This document shows, one piece after another, positions 9,518 through 18,327 of a DNA stretch of 64,000 nucleotides. A program made the position numbers and the translations under genes. Origin of the DNA: a virus (taxonomy: Duplodnaviria; Heunggongvirae; Uroviricota; Caudoviricetes); the IMG/VR virus record IMGVR_UViG_2506381017_000002; one strand, given 5' to 3'. How positions within the stretch are numbered: position 1 is the first letter of the stretch; every line of letters starts with the position of its first letter. The notes beneath the pieces are model-generated. The model had not been told where the DNA came from, did no database searches, and saw only the letters and a program-made list of their open reading frames with translations.

Positions 9518-9910
9518 ATGGACGACGAATTTACTTGGCAACTAGCTATTGACCTATTAGATAATCAAATGGAATTAGTCGATGTAATTTTCGTCGATTT
9601 GGAATACTTCCTTGATTACGTATATCTCGAAGTTGATCCGCCTAGTGAGTTTGTTGATACAGCGCAAATGATTGCTCAATTCGTATTTGAACACGATCTT
9701 TATCCATATCCAGAGGACAGTAACGATTTAGAAGAAGCAGATGACGAAGACGATGAACTCGATATGAGTGAAATGACCAAGGCACTTGCTGCAATTACCC
9801 CATTATTCATGGAACACTTCAACTCATTGATAAAGTCTGGATCACTAGACAGTCTAATTGATATATTGAGTGACAAAGAAGATAATCGAAAGGATGATGC
9901 TAATGAATAA
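9518..9910 (+). CDS. acidic hypothetical protein
   Basis: 130 aa, very Asp/Glu-rich. Confidence 0.45.
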   Translation: MDDEFTWQLAIDLLDNQMELVDVIFVDLEYFLDYVYLEVDPPSEFVDTAQMIAQFVFEHDLYPYPEDSNDLEEADDEDDELDMSEMTKALAAITPLFMEHFNSLIKSGSLDSLIDILSDKEDNRKDDANE

Positions 9911-10265
9911 CGAAACACAAGAAAACATTGATATGAAATTGAGCCCAGATAATATTTACGGCTACATTTTTACAACCCAGGGCTATTCAGAAGATCAAGA
10001 CGACAAACGTAAGAAACCGTTATTCTTCTGGAAAGGATTCCATATGTATCCACTTGTTGTGCAAAATCCAGAAGACTATGATTTTGAAGATCCAGATTTT
10101 GATGCAACGGAATTGGAATTTTTGGTTTGTACAGAAGGCGGAGACCAAGATAACTATGAGTATGTTGAAATGAATGCAACAGAACTGCGTGATTTCTTAC
10201 GTGCGCATCCAGCATTCCGTATGTTCCCAGCAGCAGACTTATTTGAAGAATTACACGTGATTTAA
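9903..10265 (+). CDS. hypothetical protein
   Basis: ATG at 9903 overlaps the upstream stop; acidic. Confidence 0.45.
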   Translation: MNNETQENIDMKLSPDNIYGYIFTTQGYSEDQDDKRKKPLFFWKGFHMYPLVVQNPEDYDFEDPDFDATELEFLVCTEGGDQDNYEYVEMNATELRDFLRAHPAFRMFPAADLFEELHVI

Positions 10266-10266
10266 T

Positions 10267-10890
10267 ATGGCTCAATTATTCTTTAAATATGGGGCGATGA
10301 ATGCTGGCAAGTCATTGTCCCTATTGACTACAGCACACAATTATCAAGAACAAGATAAAGATGTTTTGATCATGACCAGTGCCATAGATGATCGCTATGG
10401 CGTTGGAAAGGTTTCAAGTCGAGTAGGATTAAGTTGTGAAGCACAACCAATTAAACAAGAAGATAACGTAATTGAATTGATTACAAAGTTATTGAAGTTA
10501 GACACAGAAGGAAAAACTGTTTGGCCACACTGTATTTTAATCGACGAAGCTGAATTCTTAACCGCACAGCAAGTCGTTGATTTAGCTAATATTGTTGACA
10601 CATATAATATTCCCATAATTTGTTATGGCTTACGGACTGATTTTCAATGCAATCTGTTTGAAGGCTCAAAAGCATTATTTGAAGTGGCCGACAAATTAGA
10701 AGAAATCAAAACAGTTTGTCAATGGTGTGACCACAAGGCAACAATGAATTTAAGAATGGTAGATGGCGCTCCAGCTTATGATGGAGATCAAATTCAAATT
10801 GGTGACCAGGAATATATTTCGGTTTGCCGATACCACTACACAAATCCATTAATTAAAGTAACTAAGAATAAAAAAGAAAAGGAAGTATGA
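10267..10890 (+). CDS. tdk: thymidine kinase
   Basis: P-loop GAMNAGKS, and a C-terminal zinc ribbon C.WC...A ... C..H; typical Tdk length of 207 aa. Confidence 0.9.
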   Translation: MAQLFFKYGAMNAGKSLSLLTTAHNYQEQDKDVLIMTSAIDDRYGVGKVSSRVGLSCEAQPIKQEDNVIELITKLLKLDTEGKTVWPHCILIDEAEFLTAQQVVDLANIVDTYNIPIICYGLRTDFQCNLFEGSKALFEVADKLEEIKTVCQWCDHKATMNLRMVDGAPAYDGDQIQIGDQEYISVCRYHYTNPLIKVTKNKKEKEV

Positions 10891-11516
10891 TATTTATTTT
10901 GAACACTAAGAATAACAACGGCGCAAAGATTGCATTAACAGCTATGGGAGCATTCGCACTAGGTCTTGTAGCAACAGGAACAACAGCAAATGCCGACACA
11001 ACTATTGACAGCAACCACGTGCAAGTAGAAGCGGGTGACACATTATCTGCCATCGCTCAAAAGCACGGAACCGACGTTGATACTCTTGTGCGTGAAAATC
11101 ATATTGCAAACAAACATTTAATTCACGTAGGAGATAAGTTGGTTGTTATGCCTGGTGTAAAGAACACCGATGTAAACGGGAAAGATACTGATAATCATGT
11201 AACGAACCCTGTAACTACACCAACTAGCGACCAACAAACAACTACAACTAATGACACACCAGTTACTCAACAAGCACCCGCTACAAGCGGTATTTCAAGC
11301 AACTCAGCTAAGGAAGCTATCGCCCAAAAGGAATCTGGCGGTAGTTACACAGCTACAAACGGTAAGTATATTGGGCGCTACCAACTTGATGCGAGTTATT
11401 TAAATGGTAATTACTCAATCGAAAATCAAGAAAAAGTGGCTGAACAATATGTGGCTCAAAGATACGGTAGTTGGGACGCTGCTTTAGCATTCCATAATGC
11501 ACATGGCTGGTACTAA
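10887..11516 (+). CDS. secreted LysM-domain protein with transglycosylase-like C-terminal domain
   Basis: Signal peptide; LysM block DTLSAIAQKHGTDVDTL...GDKL; C-terminal ESGGSYTATNGKYIGRYQ matching the ESGG..Y.A.N..G.YQ transglycosylase-like motif. Confidence 0.7.
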   Translation: MIFILNTKNNNGAKIALTAMGAFALGLVATGTTANADTTIDSNHVQVEAGDTLSAIAQKHGTDVDTLVRENHIANKHLIHVGDKLVVMPGVKNTDVNGKDTDNHVTNPVTTPTSDQQTTTTNDTPVTQQAPATSGISSNSAKEAIAQKESGGSYTATNGKYIGRYQLDASYLNGNYSIENQEKVAEQYVAQRYGSWDAALAFHNAHGWY

Positions 11517-11569
11517 ACTTAATTTCATTGTACTTAATTAACTAAGTATGATATTATAATTATGTAAAC

Positions 11570-11600
11570 AAAAAGAGCCATGCTGCAACATGACTCTTTC
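11570..11600. terminator. bidirectional rho-independent terminator
   Basis: Hairpin AGAGCCATG-CTGCAA-CATGACTCT with an A-run before and a T-run after. The same loop sequence recurs at 16083. Confidence 0.5.
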
Positions 11601-11637
11601 AGCGTCATCGGATTTTAGCGGTGGCAAGTTACTAACG

Positions 11638-11922
11638 TCATTTATTTTTATTAAACAAAGACTTCAGAAAACACTGCCCCGGTTCCAAAAGGCGGTGTTT
11701 TTCTTTTGCATCTCTGTCTAATTCTGTGTCATTCGGTGGAGATTTCCACGTCAACACAACCCTTTTTGCAGCTCGGATTACTGTGCCCACTGCATCAATA
11801 CAGTAAGCCACACTGAGTAACAATAGGCGTAGAGCCAGAAATATTCCGACCAAGCCTAGTATCGTTACAATCATCCCAACCGCCCAGGGGCAACTTGATT
11901 GCAAAAGTCCAATTAAGGACAA
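11638..11922 (-). CDS. small membrane protein (uncertain)
   Basis: 94 aa with two hydrophobic helices. It lies between the minus-strand ATGATATAAT promoter at ~12040 and the terminator at ~11600. An overlapping alternative ORF exists at 11795-12019. Confidence 0.3.
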   Translation of the reverse strand: MSLIGLLQSSCPWAVGMIVTILGLVGIFLALRLLLLSVAYCIDAVGTVIRAAKRVVLTWKSPPNDTELDRDAKEKHRLLEPGQCFLKSLFNKNK

Positions 11923-12039
11923 ACTTCACGGCGCACTCCCTTCTTACGGATAGAGGAGAGTACCACGAACTTACGCTCATAGTGACCACCATCCTTCCAT
12001 GGATTCGCGCCACCGCCATTAAATCTTTTTGACATTAAT

Positions 12040-12048
12040 ATTATATCA
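12040..12048 (-). promoter_or_regulatory. extended -10 promoter TGATATAAT (conserved ATGATATAAT motif, copy 1)
   Basis: Reverse complement of ATTATATCA; the same 10-mer recurs at 14241, 15194, 15680 and 61696. Confidence 0.4.
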
Positions 12049-12241
12049 TACGATTACAATAAAACAGTTAAACTATAGAATAATACTGCTCACAGCGTCT
12101 AAAATAATCCTTGACAAGTTTTGACTCCCACTAATTTACAAATGTGATACAATAACATTAAGGAAATCCAAATACGGATTCCTACCTTCCTAAGATGGCT
12201 CCACTTTATGTGGGGCTTTTCTTTTTACTTATTTTTAGTAA

Positions 12242-12353
12242 AGAAGTGTTATTTGTTTGTAATAACACTTCCTAATTTAAGCTATTTTAGCACTCATTTT
12301 TCTGGTAAAATAAAGAAGTGTTATAATTCTATATATCAAAAAATAACACTTGT
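12242..12353 (+). promoter_or_regulatory. two inverted-repeat operator-like sites (GAAGTGTTAT / ATAACACTTC)
   Basis: GAAGTGTTAT-N8-ATAACACTTC at ~12242-12272 and GAAGTGTTAT-N24-AATAACACTTG at ~12311-12353, directly upstream of the recombinase start at 12361. Confidence 0.4.
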
Positions 12354-12360
12354 ATTAGGT

Positions 12361-12960
12361 GGTTTTATGAAACAGTTAGTCTTACCCATAAAAGACTCTT
12401 ATGTGTTATCTGAAGTACAAGATACGTTACTAAATAACTTTAGAGCTGGTGTTAGAAACTACACTATCTTTCAAGTTGGAAAAGCTACCTTACTTCGAGT
12501 AAGTGACGTACTCAGATTAAAACAAGAAGATGTCTATGATAAATATGGTGAGGTAAAAAGAAATGCATTTATTAAAGACAAAAAGACGGGGAAGCAAAAT
12601 ACATTGTATTTAAAACCTGTCCGTGAAGATTTAGAAAATTACAAAAAATGGTTAGAAGAAAATGATTATTATTTAACAACGCCCTGGTTATTTCCTTCAA
12701 CTACCAGACCCAACAAACATATTGATGAAAGGCAATATTATACGGTCATGCACGAAGTTGGAGATCTCTTGGACATTCCATATCTTGGAACACACACTAT
12801 GAGAAAGACTGGGGCATATCGAGTTTATGTACAGAGTAATTATAATATCGGATTAGTCATGTCATTACTTAACCATTCATCAGAAGAAATGACCCTGAGA
12901 TATTTGGGATTAGATCAAGTATCCCGAGAAAGATTGTTGGACAAGGTCGATTTTGGGTAA
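12361..12960 (+). CDS. short tyrosine recombinase / phage-integrase-family protein
   Basis: AGGTGG RBS before ATG 12361. C-terminal catalytic signature LGTHTMRKTGAY ... LLNHSSEEMTLRYLGL (H-x-x-R ... H ... Y). Confidence 0.6.
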   Translation, partial: GFMKQLVLPIKDSYVLSEVQDTLLNNFRAGVRNYTIFQVGKATLLRVSDVLRLKQEDVYDKYGEVKRNAFIKDKKTGKQNTLYLKPVREDLENYKKWLEENDYYLTTPWLFPSTTRPNKHIDERQYYTVMHEVGDLLDIPYLGTHTMRKTGAYRVYVQSNYNIGLVMSLLNHSSEEMTLRYLGLDQVSRERLLDKVDFG

Positions 12961-12970
12961 GGAGAAAAAT

Positions 12971-13228
12971 ATGCAACCATTATATATTTTGCAGGGACTT
13001 ATATGTCTCAATATTCTATTTCAATTAATCGTTATTTCATTTTTTAATAGGAAGAAAAAGCATTGGATTGCCATTGCGCAAATGAGTTTAAGCGTTGTTG
13101 TTTTAGCTCTCGTCTCAACAGAGCTATTTGTTATTGGACGTGTCAACTTTCCAGTAGTGCTTACATTCATTATTCAATGCGCCTTGATTCGTATATTTTG
13201 GAAGACGCTTAGACAGTTCGAAAATTAA
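12971..13228 (+). CDS. small membrane protein
   Basis: AAGGAG RBS; hydrophobic throughout. Confidence 0.45.
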   Translation: MQPLYILQGLICLNILFQLIVISFFNRKKKHWIAIAQMSLSVVVLALVSTELFVIGRVNFPVVLTFIIQCALIRIFWKTLRQFEN

Positions 13229-13277
13229 CACTATATAATAGGAAGAAACTCGTTCAAAAAAGAAAAAGGTGAGGACT

Positions 13278-13952
13278 ATGGGAAGAAGATTTGGTAGCAA
13301 AAATGGTATGGGGACTGGTTCAACAAGGATGTCTAGGCATACTGGAAGTGGAAAATATGGTAGTGGTGGACGAAATTCTTCTATTCATGTTCCTACACGG
13401 CCATTCTGGACAACTAAGAAATGGAAAAAGAAACCATTATCTGCCAAGATATTTGATATTGTTATTATGTTAGCTGGATTAGCAATTATTTTGGTTGTAG
13501 CTATGTTTCTTGTTAATGGCACAAAGAACGGAAATAATAACGAGAATGTAACATCTGTATATTCAAGTAATAGCAAGAAAAAGAAGAATTCATCTTTTAG
13601 GGATAAGAATGAAGGAGTAGAGGGGACAAAAGAAACCGAAGAGGGGAGTACAGATACTATAAAAAGTGGAACGATCGATTCTTCACTTTCTAGAGAAGAA
13701 AGTATCGCTCGTGAAGAATCTATTGGTAGAAGCCATAGAGAATATAAGGATGATAACAACGGAAATAATAGTCGAGAATATTATGATGCAGATAGTATCT
13801 CATCTCGACTTCACATAACACCTACCCCTAAACGAAACCAGGACGAATACCCAAACCTGCAATCTCAGGAAACACCGCAACAAAGTCAATCCAATAACAC
13901 ATCAACTCAACCAGCCAAAAATAATGCTCCACAACCAATTAGTCCACAATAA
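13278..13952 (+). CDS. membrane-anchored low-complexity protein
   Basis: GGTGAGG RBS; a single TM helix followed by an S/N/E/K-rich disordered tail. Confidence 0.45.
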   Translation: MGRRFGSKNGMGTGSTRMSRHTGSGKYGSGGRNSSIHVPTRPFWTTKKWKKKPLSAKIFDIVIMLAGLAIILVVAMFLVNGTKNGNNNENVTSVYSSNSKKKKNSSFRDKNEGVEGTKETEEGSTDTIKSGTIDSSLSREESIAREESIGRSHREYKDDNNGNNSREYYDADSISSRLHITPTPKRNQDEYPNLQSQETPQQSQSNNTSTQPAKNNAPQPISPQ

Positions 13953-14240
13953 GCCTTATTATTATTCCTGCTTAGACGAAACGAAAAATTAATTAACATA
14001 TAGTTGATCATTTAGATTGCGCTGAGAGCTTGTTTTTAATGCTGAGTTGCAAGAAAAACTTCGGTAAAATAAAAAGGTAGATATTTTCCCACAAATATCT
14101 CACCCCAATATTCATATACTAAAATCTCCCTCAAGGAATTTTAGTGAAAATATGTTTCTTTATAACCTTTTGACATTCTACAATGAGTAGGATGTCTTTT
14201 TTTATACTCTGAAGCAGGATAAATGCCAAGTTTTATGTTA

Positions 14241-14249
14241 TGATATAAT
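14241..14249 (+). promoter_or_regulatory. extended -10 promoter TGATATAAT (copy 2)
   Basis: Context ATGTTATGATATAAT; no good -35 element. Confidence 0.35.
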
Positions 14250-14485
14250 TAGGGTATTATATGCTGCACAGTAAGAACCTAACAAAAATAGACATCTATC
14301 ATTACCTCAATTGAAGTAGTTAATAGATGCCTATTTTTCTTATTTCTATCAATTGTCCCCCCTGTGCAGGACACAAACCACCAATTTTATCATAACATTA
14401 AAATAATACTATGATCAAGTATGACTAATAGGGTATAATATACCTAGTTACTATTTAGAGTAACTATTTTCATCTTCATTGGAGC

Positions 14486-14519
14486 TCCAGGACATCTTCC
14501 CAGTCCTGGACTTCTTTTT
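14486..14519. terminator. rho-independent terminator (bidirectional)
   Basis: TCCAGGAC-ATCTTCCCA-GTCCTGGA followed by a T-run; it abuts the stop of the minus-strand gene at 14518. Confidence 0.5.
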
Positions 14520-15039
14520 ATCTAAATCCATAAAGAAACTGAACATACGAAAAAGACGTTACCATATTGTCTCCAAATCCGTCTAACATGTTTTTATTAT
14601 CCAGGAAAGGATATACCTTAATTCTCAATCCGATTAGTTCCTTATCAGAAAAACTGTCTAAATATTCATATACAGCTCGTGGTGAAGTAAACCATGTAGA
14701 CTCTAAGTCTTTTACAACCTCGAACTTATAGTTGATTGGATGAACTTCAATATTTTTCTTGCGTTTAATAGTTACTCGGAACTTTCTAGAGAACTTCCAT
14801 TCACCATATTTCATTCGTCCATGGACAGGCATTGATTGTTCTTGCCTTAAAGCAATCCACTTCTTGATTTGTATCCCCTTAGGGCGTGGCTGAAATTTCA
14901 TAGTTCGTGCAAACTTTTCTTTTAATTGTTCTCTAGTCAAACTAGTTGATTTATGTTCTAATTCCTTAATCCTTTTTTGTAATTGTTCATATTCTTGTAT
15001 TTCTTCTGGGGATAAATTTAATTTATTCATGTTTTTCAC
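14518..15039 (-). CDS. hypothetical protein
   Basis: 173 aa; GAGGTG RBS; basic with a coiled-coil N-terminus. Confidence 0.5.
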   Translation of the reverse strand: MKNMNKLNLSPEEIQEYEQLQKRIKELEHKSTSLTREQLKEKFARTMKFQPRPKGIQIKKWIALRQEQSMPVHGRMKYGEWKFSRKFRVTIKRKKNIEVHPINYKFEVVKDLESTWFTSPRAVYEYLDSFSDKELIGLRIKVYPFLDNKNMLDGFGDNMVTSFSYVQFLYGFR

Positions 15040-15193
15040 CTCAAAAAAAATATATCATACTCAGATTAAAAAATACGCAAATTTCAGTAATTACTGAAAA
15101 TGGAGTGAAATGCAGAAATTTTTGAAATTCTATTGACATCTTCATGTACAATACTAACTTTATAAAACATTCATTTTAGAAAATATTTGGCTA

Positions 15194-15202
15194 TGATATA
15201 AT
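15194..15202 (+). promoter_or_regulatory. extended -10 promoter TGATATAAT (copy 3)
   Basis: Context GGCTATGATATAAT. Confidence 0.35.
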
Positions 15203-15208
15203 AATAAT

Positions 15209-15292
15209 GTGCTATTTATCTCCCTAAGCGTAAATGGCATATTCATAAATAAATAACCCAGGAATCATTTCGGTTCCTGGGTCCCTTTTTAT
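15209..15292 (+). ncRNA. candidate small RNA (~85 nt) between the copy-3 promoter and its terminator
   Basis: No ORF; ends in the hairpin ACCCAGGAA-TCATTTCGG-TTCCTGGGT plus CCCTTTTTAT (15256-15292). Confidence 0.3.
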
Positions 15293-15551
15293 CTATATGA
15301 TATTTTTCACATTTTGTGCATAGTAAAAGACCGTCCTCGTATAACTTTGGCGAGTTGCAGGACGATCTTTTATTAGTTAATCTGTAACATGGCCACCGTC
15401 TTTTTAACGGGCCTGCTTTTTGCGTATCTATATTATAGCATGAAAGAAGGGAATTGAGTAGTCGGTGAATACTTAGTGAGGTGTTCATGAGTCTTTTGTG
15501 TTATAACCAGTCATTAAAATTTTTATTTTAATGCGACGAAAATAAGGCAAA

Positions 15552-15597
15552 CAAAAAAACACCATCTAATAAAGTTTTGACCGACTTTAGATGGTGC
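15552..15597 (-). terminator. rho-independent terminator (minus strand)
   Basis: CACCATCTA-loop-TAGATGGTG preceded by A7 on the top strand; the motif AAAAAACACCAT...ATGGTG.TTAGTCTC repeats at 15984-16032. Confidence 0.4.
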
Positions 15598-15679
15598 TTA
15601 GTCTCTACATTGTCTTATTATACACTATAGAAAAACTTAGTGTAAGTTGTAATCATTTAATTTCAAATAATCTTTCCTA

Positions 15680-15688
15680 TGATATAAT
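15680..15688 (+). promoter_or_regulatory. extended -10 promoter TGATATAAT (copy 4)
   Basis: Context TCCTATGATATAAT. Confidence 0.35.
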
Positions 15689-15820
15689 ATTTATGGATTA
15701 TAAGGAAGCGTTGGTGGTTCCTAATCTCTGGTTTATAATACTGGAGGTGCTGCCAATGAAAGCAGTTAAACAAACTTGACCCTAAGTTCAATTTTCGTAA
15801 GAAAGGAGAATGGCGGGTAA

Positions 15821-15970
15821 ATGAGTTTCAACAGCCTAGACCCATTTGAAGGCCTTGCAAAGGTTATTCGGGCTATGCGTGGACTCGATACCGGTGTGCA
15901 ATATGCCACCCTTGCCACATTTGTAATTGTGGTTGGCATTATTGCGTTTACTATTTGCTATACGCACTAG
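15821..15970 (+). CDS. small hydrophobic peptide (49 aa; holin or type I toxin-like)
   Basis: AAAGGAG RBS; MSFNSLDPFEGLAKVIRAMRGLDTGVQYATLATFVIVVGIIAFTICYTH with a C-terminal TM helix. Confidence 0.4.
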   Translation: MSFNSLDPFEGLAKVIRAMRGLDTGVQYATLATFVIVVGIIAFTICYTH

Positions 15971-15983
15971 CGTTAACAGCAAA

Positions 15984-16025
15984 TAAAAAACACCATTCGT
16001 GAGTTTAGCAGCGAACGATGGTGTT
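15984..16025 (-). terminator. rho-independent terminator (minus strand), repeat of the 15552 unit
   Basis: A-run plus an imperfect hairpin CACCATTCG...CGAACGATGGTG. Confidence 0.35.
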
Positions 16026-16082
16026 TAGTCTCAACGTCATTAAGAGATTAGGCATTATCAACAATACTTATTAATCTCAGGA

Positions 16083-16113
16083 AGAGCTATGCTGCAACAT
16101 AGCTCTTTTTGTT
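16083..16113 (+). terminator. rho-independent terminator
   Basis: AGAGCTATG-CTGCAA-CATAGCTCT plus TTTTTG; same loop as the hairpin at 11574. Confidence 0.55.
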
Positions 16114-16196
16114 TACACAAGTATTATAACATCTTATGTTCGTTACGTACATAAAAATTAAAAAATCTTCTTGACATTGTTATTTTGTAATAATTA

Positions 16197-16478
16197 CTAT
16201 GCTGCTTGCTCCATTTTAGTTAACTTAGTCCTCATCATTGCAGCTGCATGGCAATAAATTTCGTAACAAGGATCATCTTTTTCAAAGATTAATGCTTCGT
16301 TTAAATTAGGTGTCAAATATACTTCATTAACTTCAATATCAGAGGTCTTCATACCAAATCTACTCGTTAAGTGCTTGCCATCAACTCCACATACATATAA
16401 CTGTCCAACCTTGATTAAATAAAATGTCTCTTTTATAAGGATCACCGTTCCTCTCTTGGGGTATCTAAATAGTCCCAC
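16197..16478 (-). CDS. hypothetical protein (GTG start, uncertain)
   Basis: 93 aa with a non-ATG start. Confidence 0.3.
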   Translation of the reverse strand: MGLFRYPKRGTVILIKETFYLIKVGQLYVCGVDGKHLTSRFGMKTSDIEVNEVYLTPNLNEALIFEKDDPCYEIYCHAAAMMRTKLTKMEQAA

Positions 16479-16629
16479 AATAGCTGTTTTACAAATGGTG
16501 GAGCCGCATTAAAGTTAATTGCTGGTCGAATTAGCACATCTTTATTATCGCAAATACTAACCTCGACCTGTCCTCCAGCCATTTGTTCTAATCGTTGTTT
16601 AAATTCAGTTGCTAACAATTAACAACCTC

Positions 16630-16770
16630 CTAACTAACTTCTTTAACTAAGAATCCTGTTGCAATGATAATTGGGACAATAATAAATAGGCTGATACCAC
16701 CATATGCAATAGTAGATACGCCTAAAAACGCCAATATTACTAATAATGAAATAATTGCTGTGTAACTCAT
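16630..16770 (-). CDS. small membrane peptide (46 aa)
   Basis: MSYTAIISLLVILAFLGVSTIAYGGISLFIIVPIIIATGFLVKEVS; its ATG overlaps the upstream stop (TAATG). Confidence 0.35.
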   Translation of the reverse strand: MSYTAIISLLVILAFLGVSTIAYGGISLFIIVPIIIATGFLVKEVS

Positions 16771-17045
16771 TACGCCACCGCCCAATTAAATGTTTTTGCT
16801 TTTGACCGCAAATAATCTAGCTTTCCCCACATCATTTGTTTGTAATGTTTAGTAGCGTTAATTCCACAAAGATAATCTTTCGCGTCTTGAAACGAATCAA
16901 AAAACTCGTATTCACAGCACATAGTAGATAAGTTTTCTATGAAATGATAGAGCTCTAATGGATTCTCTGTATTTACCACGTCCCAATAATCTCTTTTAAG
17001 GTACGATGGACTTTCTGAAGTGGGCTGGACTAAAATAATTTTCAT
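16770..17045 (-). CDS. hypothetical protein
   Basis: 91 aa. Confidence 0.45.
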   Translation of the reverse strand: MKIILVQPTSESPSYLKRDYWDVVNTENPLELYHFIENLSTMCCEYEFFDSFQDAKDYLCGINATKHYKQMMWGKLDYLRSKAKTFNWAVA

Positions 17046-17052
17046 AATCTAC

Positions 17053-17271
17053 CTACCGTCTTACTACTTCGCCATCTACAATAATCTTGTAATGGTCCTC
17101 GTCAGTATATAAGCGAATAATCCCATCAGACATTTCTAGACGGACACCATTCATATTAACGATACTGCTGCCACATGAGTGGTATTGATTTAAGTTTTTG
17201 CCAGTACCCATGTTAATTGAAATTGCTTCTTGATCTAATACGTTTTTGATTTTTGTAAATAAGTTTTTCAA
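17053..17271 (-). CDS. hypothetical protein
   Basis: 72 aa. Confidence 0.45.
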   Translation of the reverse strand: MKNLFTKIKNVLDQEAISINMGTGKNLNQYHSCGSSIVNMNGVRLEMSDGIIRLYTDEDHYKIIVDGEVVRR

Positions 17272-17288
17272 AGTCTCTCTCCTTTCTA

Positions 17289-17630
17289 TTAACTTGCTTG
17301 AATGATTAAGAAAACTAGTGTAAAAACTACTTCTACAAGAAAAATGCCTATAATAACAATTCCAAGTTTTTCGTCTTTATCAGACATTTGGTTACTAGAA
17401 TTCTCATGCTCTCCTTCGCCTTGTTCTATGTTATCTGGATTTAACGGTGAGGCAGGATTAGCAGGATTAAGTGGGCTAATAGGACTCGCTGGGTTGCTTG
17501 GATTAGTTAAGCTTGTTGGACTAGCTGGATTAGATGGTGACATCATATCAGCATGTACAGTTGAACTTGGATAAAAAGAAAAGCCAATAATGACTAAAAT
17601 TACTGTTAAGGTTGTAATTATTTTCTTCAA
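17289..17630 (-). CDS. secreted/membrane protein with PxNPAS proline-rich repeats
   Basis: Signal peptide, then PSNPASPTSLTNPSNPASPISPLNPANPASPLNPDN, then a C-terminal TM helix. Confidence 0.5.
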   Translation of the reverse strand: MKKIITTLTVILVIIGFSFYPSSTVHADMMSPSNPASPTSLTNPSNPASPISPLNPANPASPLNPDNIEQGEGEHENSSNQMSDKDEKLGIVIIGIFLVEVVFTLVFLIIQAS

Positions 17631-17980
17631 GAGATATCTTCCTCGTCTTTTGACGTCTCTTCAGGTTTAACAGTGAGAATAATTACTTTGCGAAGGTCAA
17701 TCCCAACACCAGATGCGTCCTTAGTTGCGTACTGGAAAATACCTTCTGAGCCCTTATTCTTATGAGCAACTATCCATCCGACATCCTCTTTGTTCTGATG
17801 TGATAGATCGTATTCAGCGCCGTTTTCAAAAACTAAATGAATGGTGAAGAGCTTTTCGTTATCAAAATCGGAATAGCAATCAATAATGCCTTGTTTCGAA
17901 GCCTCAAAAGGTGATAACTCCTCTTTTTTCTCTAGTTCTTTTGCAGCCACATTTTCTGCTTTCTTATGAAAGAATCTCAT
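17627..17980 (-). CDS. hypothetical protein
   Basis: 117 aa; stop overlaps the next start. Confidence 0.45.
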   Translation of the reverse strand: MRFFHKKAENVAAKELEKKEELSPFEASKQGIIDCYSDFDNEKLFTIHLVFENGAEYDLSHQNKEDVGWIVAHKNKGSEGIFQYATKDASGVGIDLRKVIILTVKPEETSKDEEDIS

Positions 17981-17983
17981 GTA

Positions 17984-18307
17984 TTACTCCTCTTTATTTT
18001 TACTACTCTTTGCTTTTTTGAACGCATTTTTATCCTGACTTAAAATAAGCTGAGATATTTTTTTATAATTTTTCCAGCGACCTACCATGTCTCTACCCTT
18101 AACTCTTATGGAGCCACGATCTCCTCCTGGACGGTAGAAAATTCGAATATAGTTGAAACAATGATCAACATAAATCCACTCGTTATTATCGGTATCGTTA
18201 ACCCAGTACCATGGCCGATTTCTGCGATCAACTTCTTGGCTATATCGCTTTTTTCTTCGCTCAATTCTAGCAAGACGTTTCTTCTTTAATCGTTCTTTTT
18301 TTCGCAT
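17984..18307 (-). CDS. highly basic hypothetical protein
   Basis: 107 aa with K/R-rich termini. Confidence 0.45.
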   Translation of the reverse strand: MRKKERLKKKRLARIERRKKRYSQEVDRRNRPWYWVNDTDNNEWIYVDHCFNYIRIFYRPGGDRGSIRVKGRDMVGRWKNYKKISQLILSQDKNAFKKAKSSKNKEE

Positions 18308-18327
18308 AAAATATCCGTTTTATCTAA

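Noticed and set aside
8026-10616. Minus-strand ORFs 8026-8256, 9700-9918, 9970-10275 and 10395-10616
   Set aside because: They are antisense to confident plus-strand genes (Cys-rich protein, acidic protein, Tdk); low-complexity translations.
10862-11053. 63 aa minus ORF overlapping the LysM protein start
   Set aside because: Shadow ORF antisense to a signal-peptide-encoding region.
11795-12019. 74 aa minus ORF overlapping the 11638-11922 ORF
   Set aside because: At most one of the two can be real. I kept the one with TM helices and flagged it as uncertain.
12208-12360. N-terminal extension of the recombinase ORF (track start 12208)
   Set aside because: The extension reads through the inverted-repeat operators. 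The ATG at 12361 has a proper RBS.
13291-13759. ORFs 13291-13473 (plus) and 13385-13759 (minus)
   Set aside because: Alternative-frame and antisense ORFs inside the 13278-13952 gene.
15243-15779. ORFs 15243-15488 (minus) and 15591-15779 (plus)
   Set aside because: They span terminator hairpins and promoter motifs in the sRNA islet; no RBS; junk-like composition.
17302-17574. 90 aa plus ORF antisense to the proline-repeat protein
   Set aside because: Reverse-frame artefact of the repeat region.
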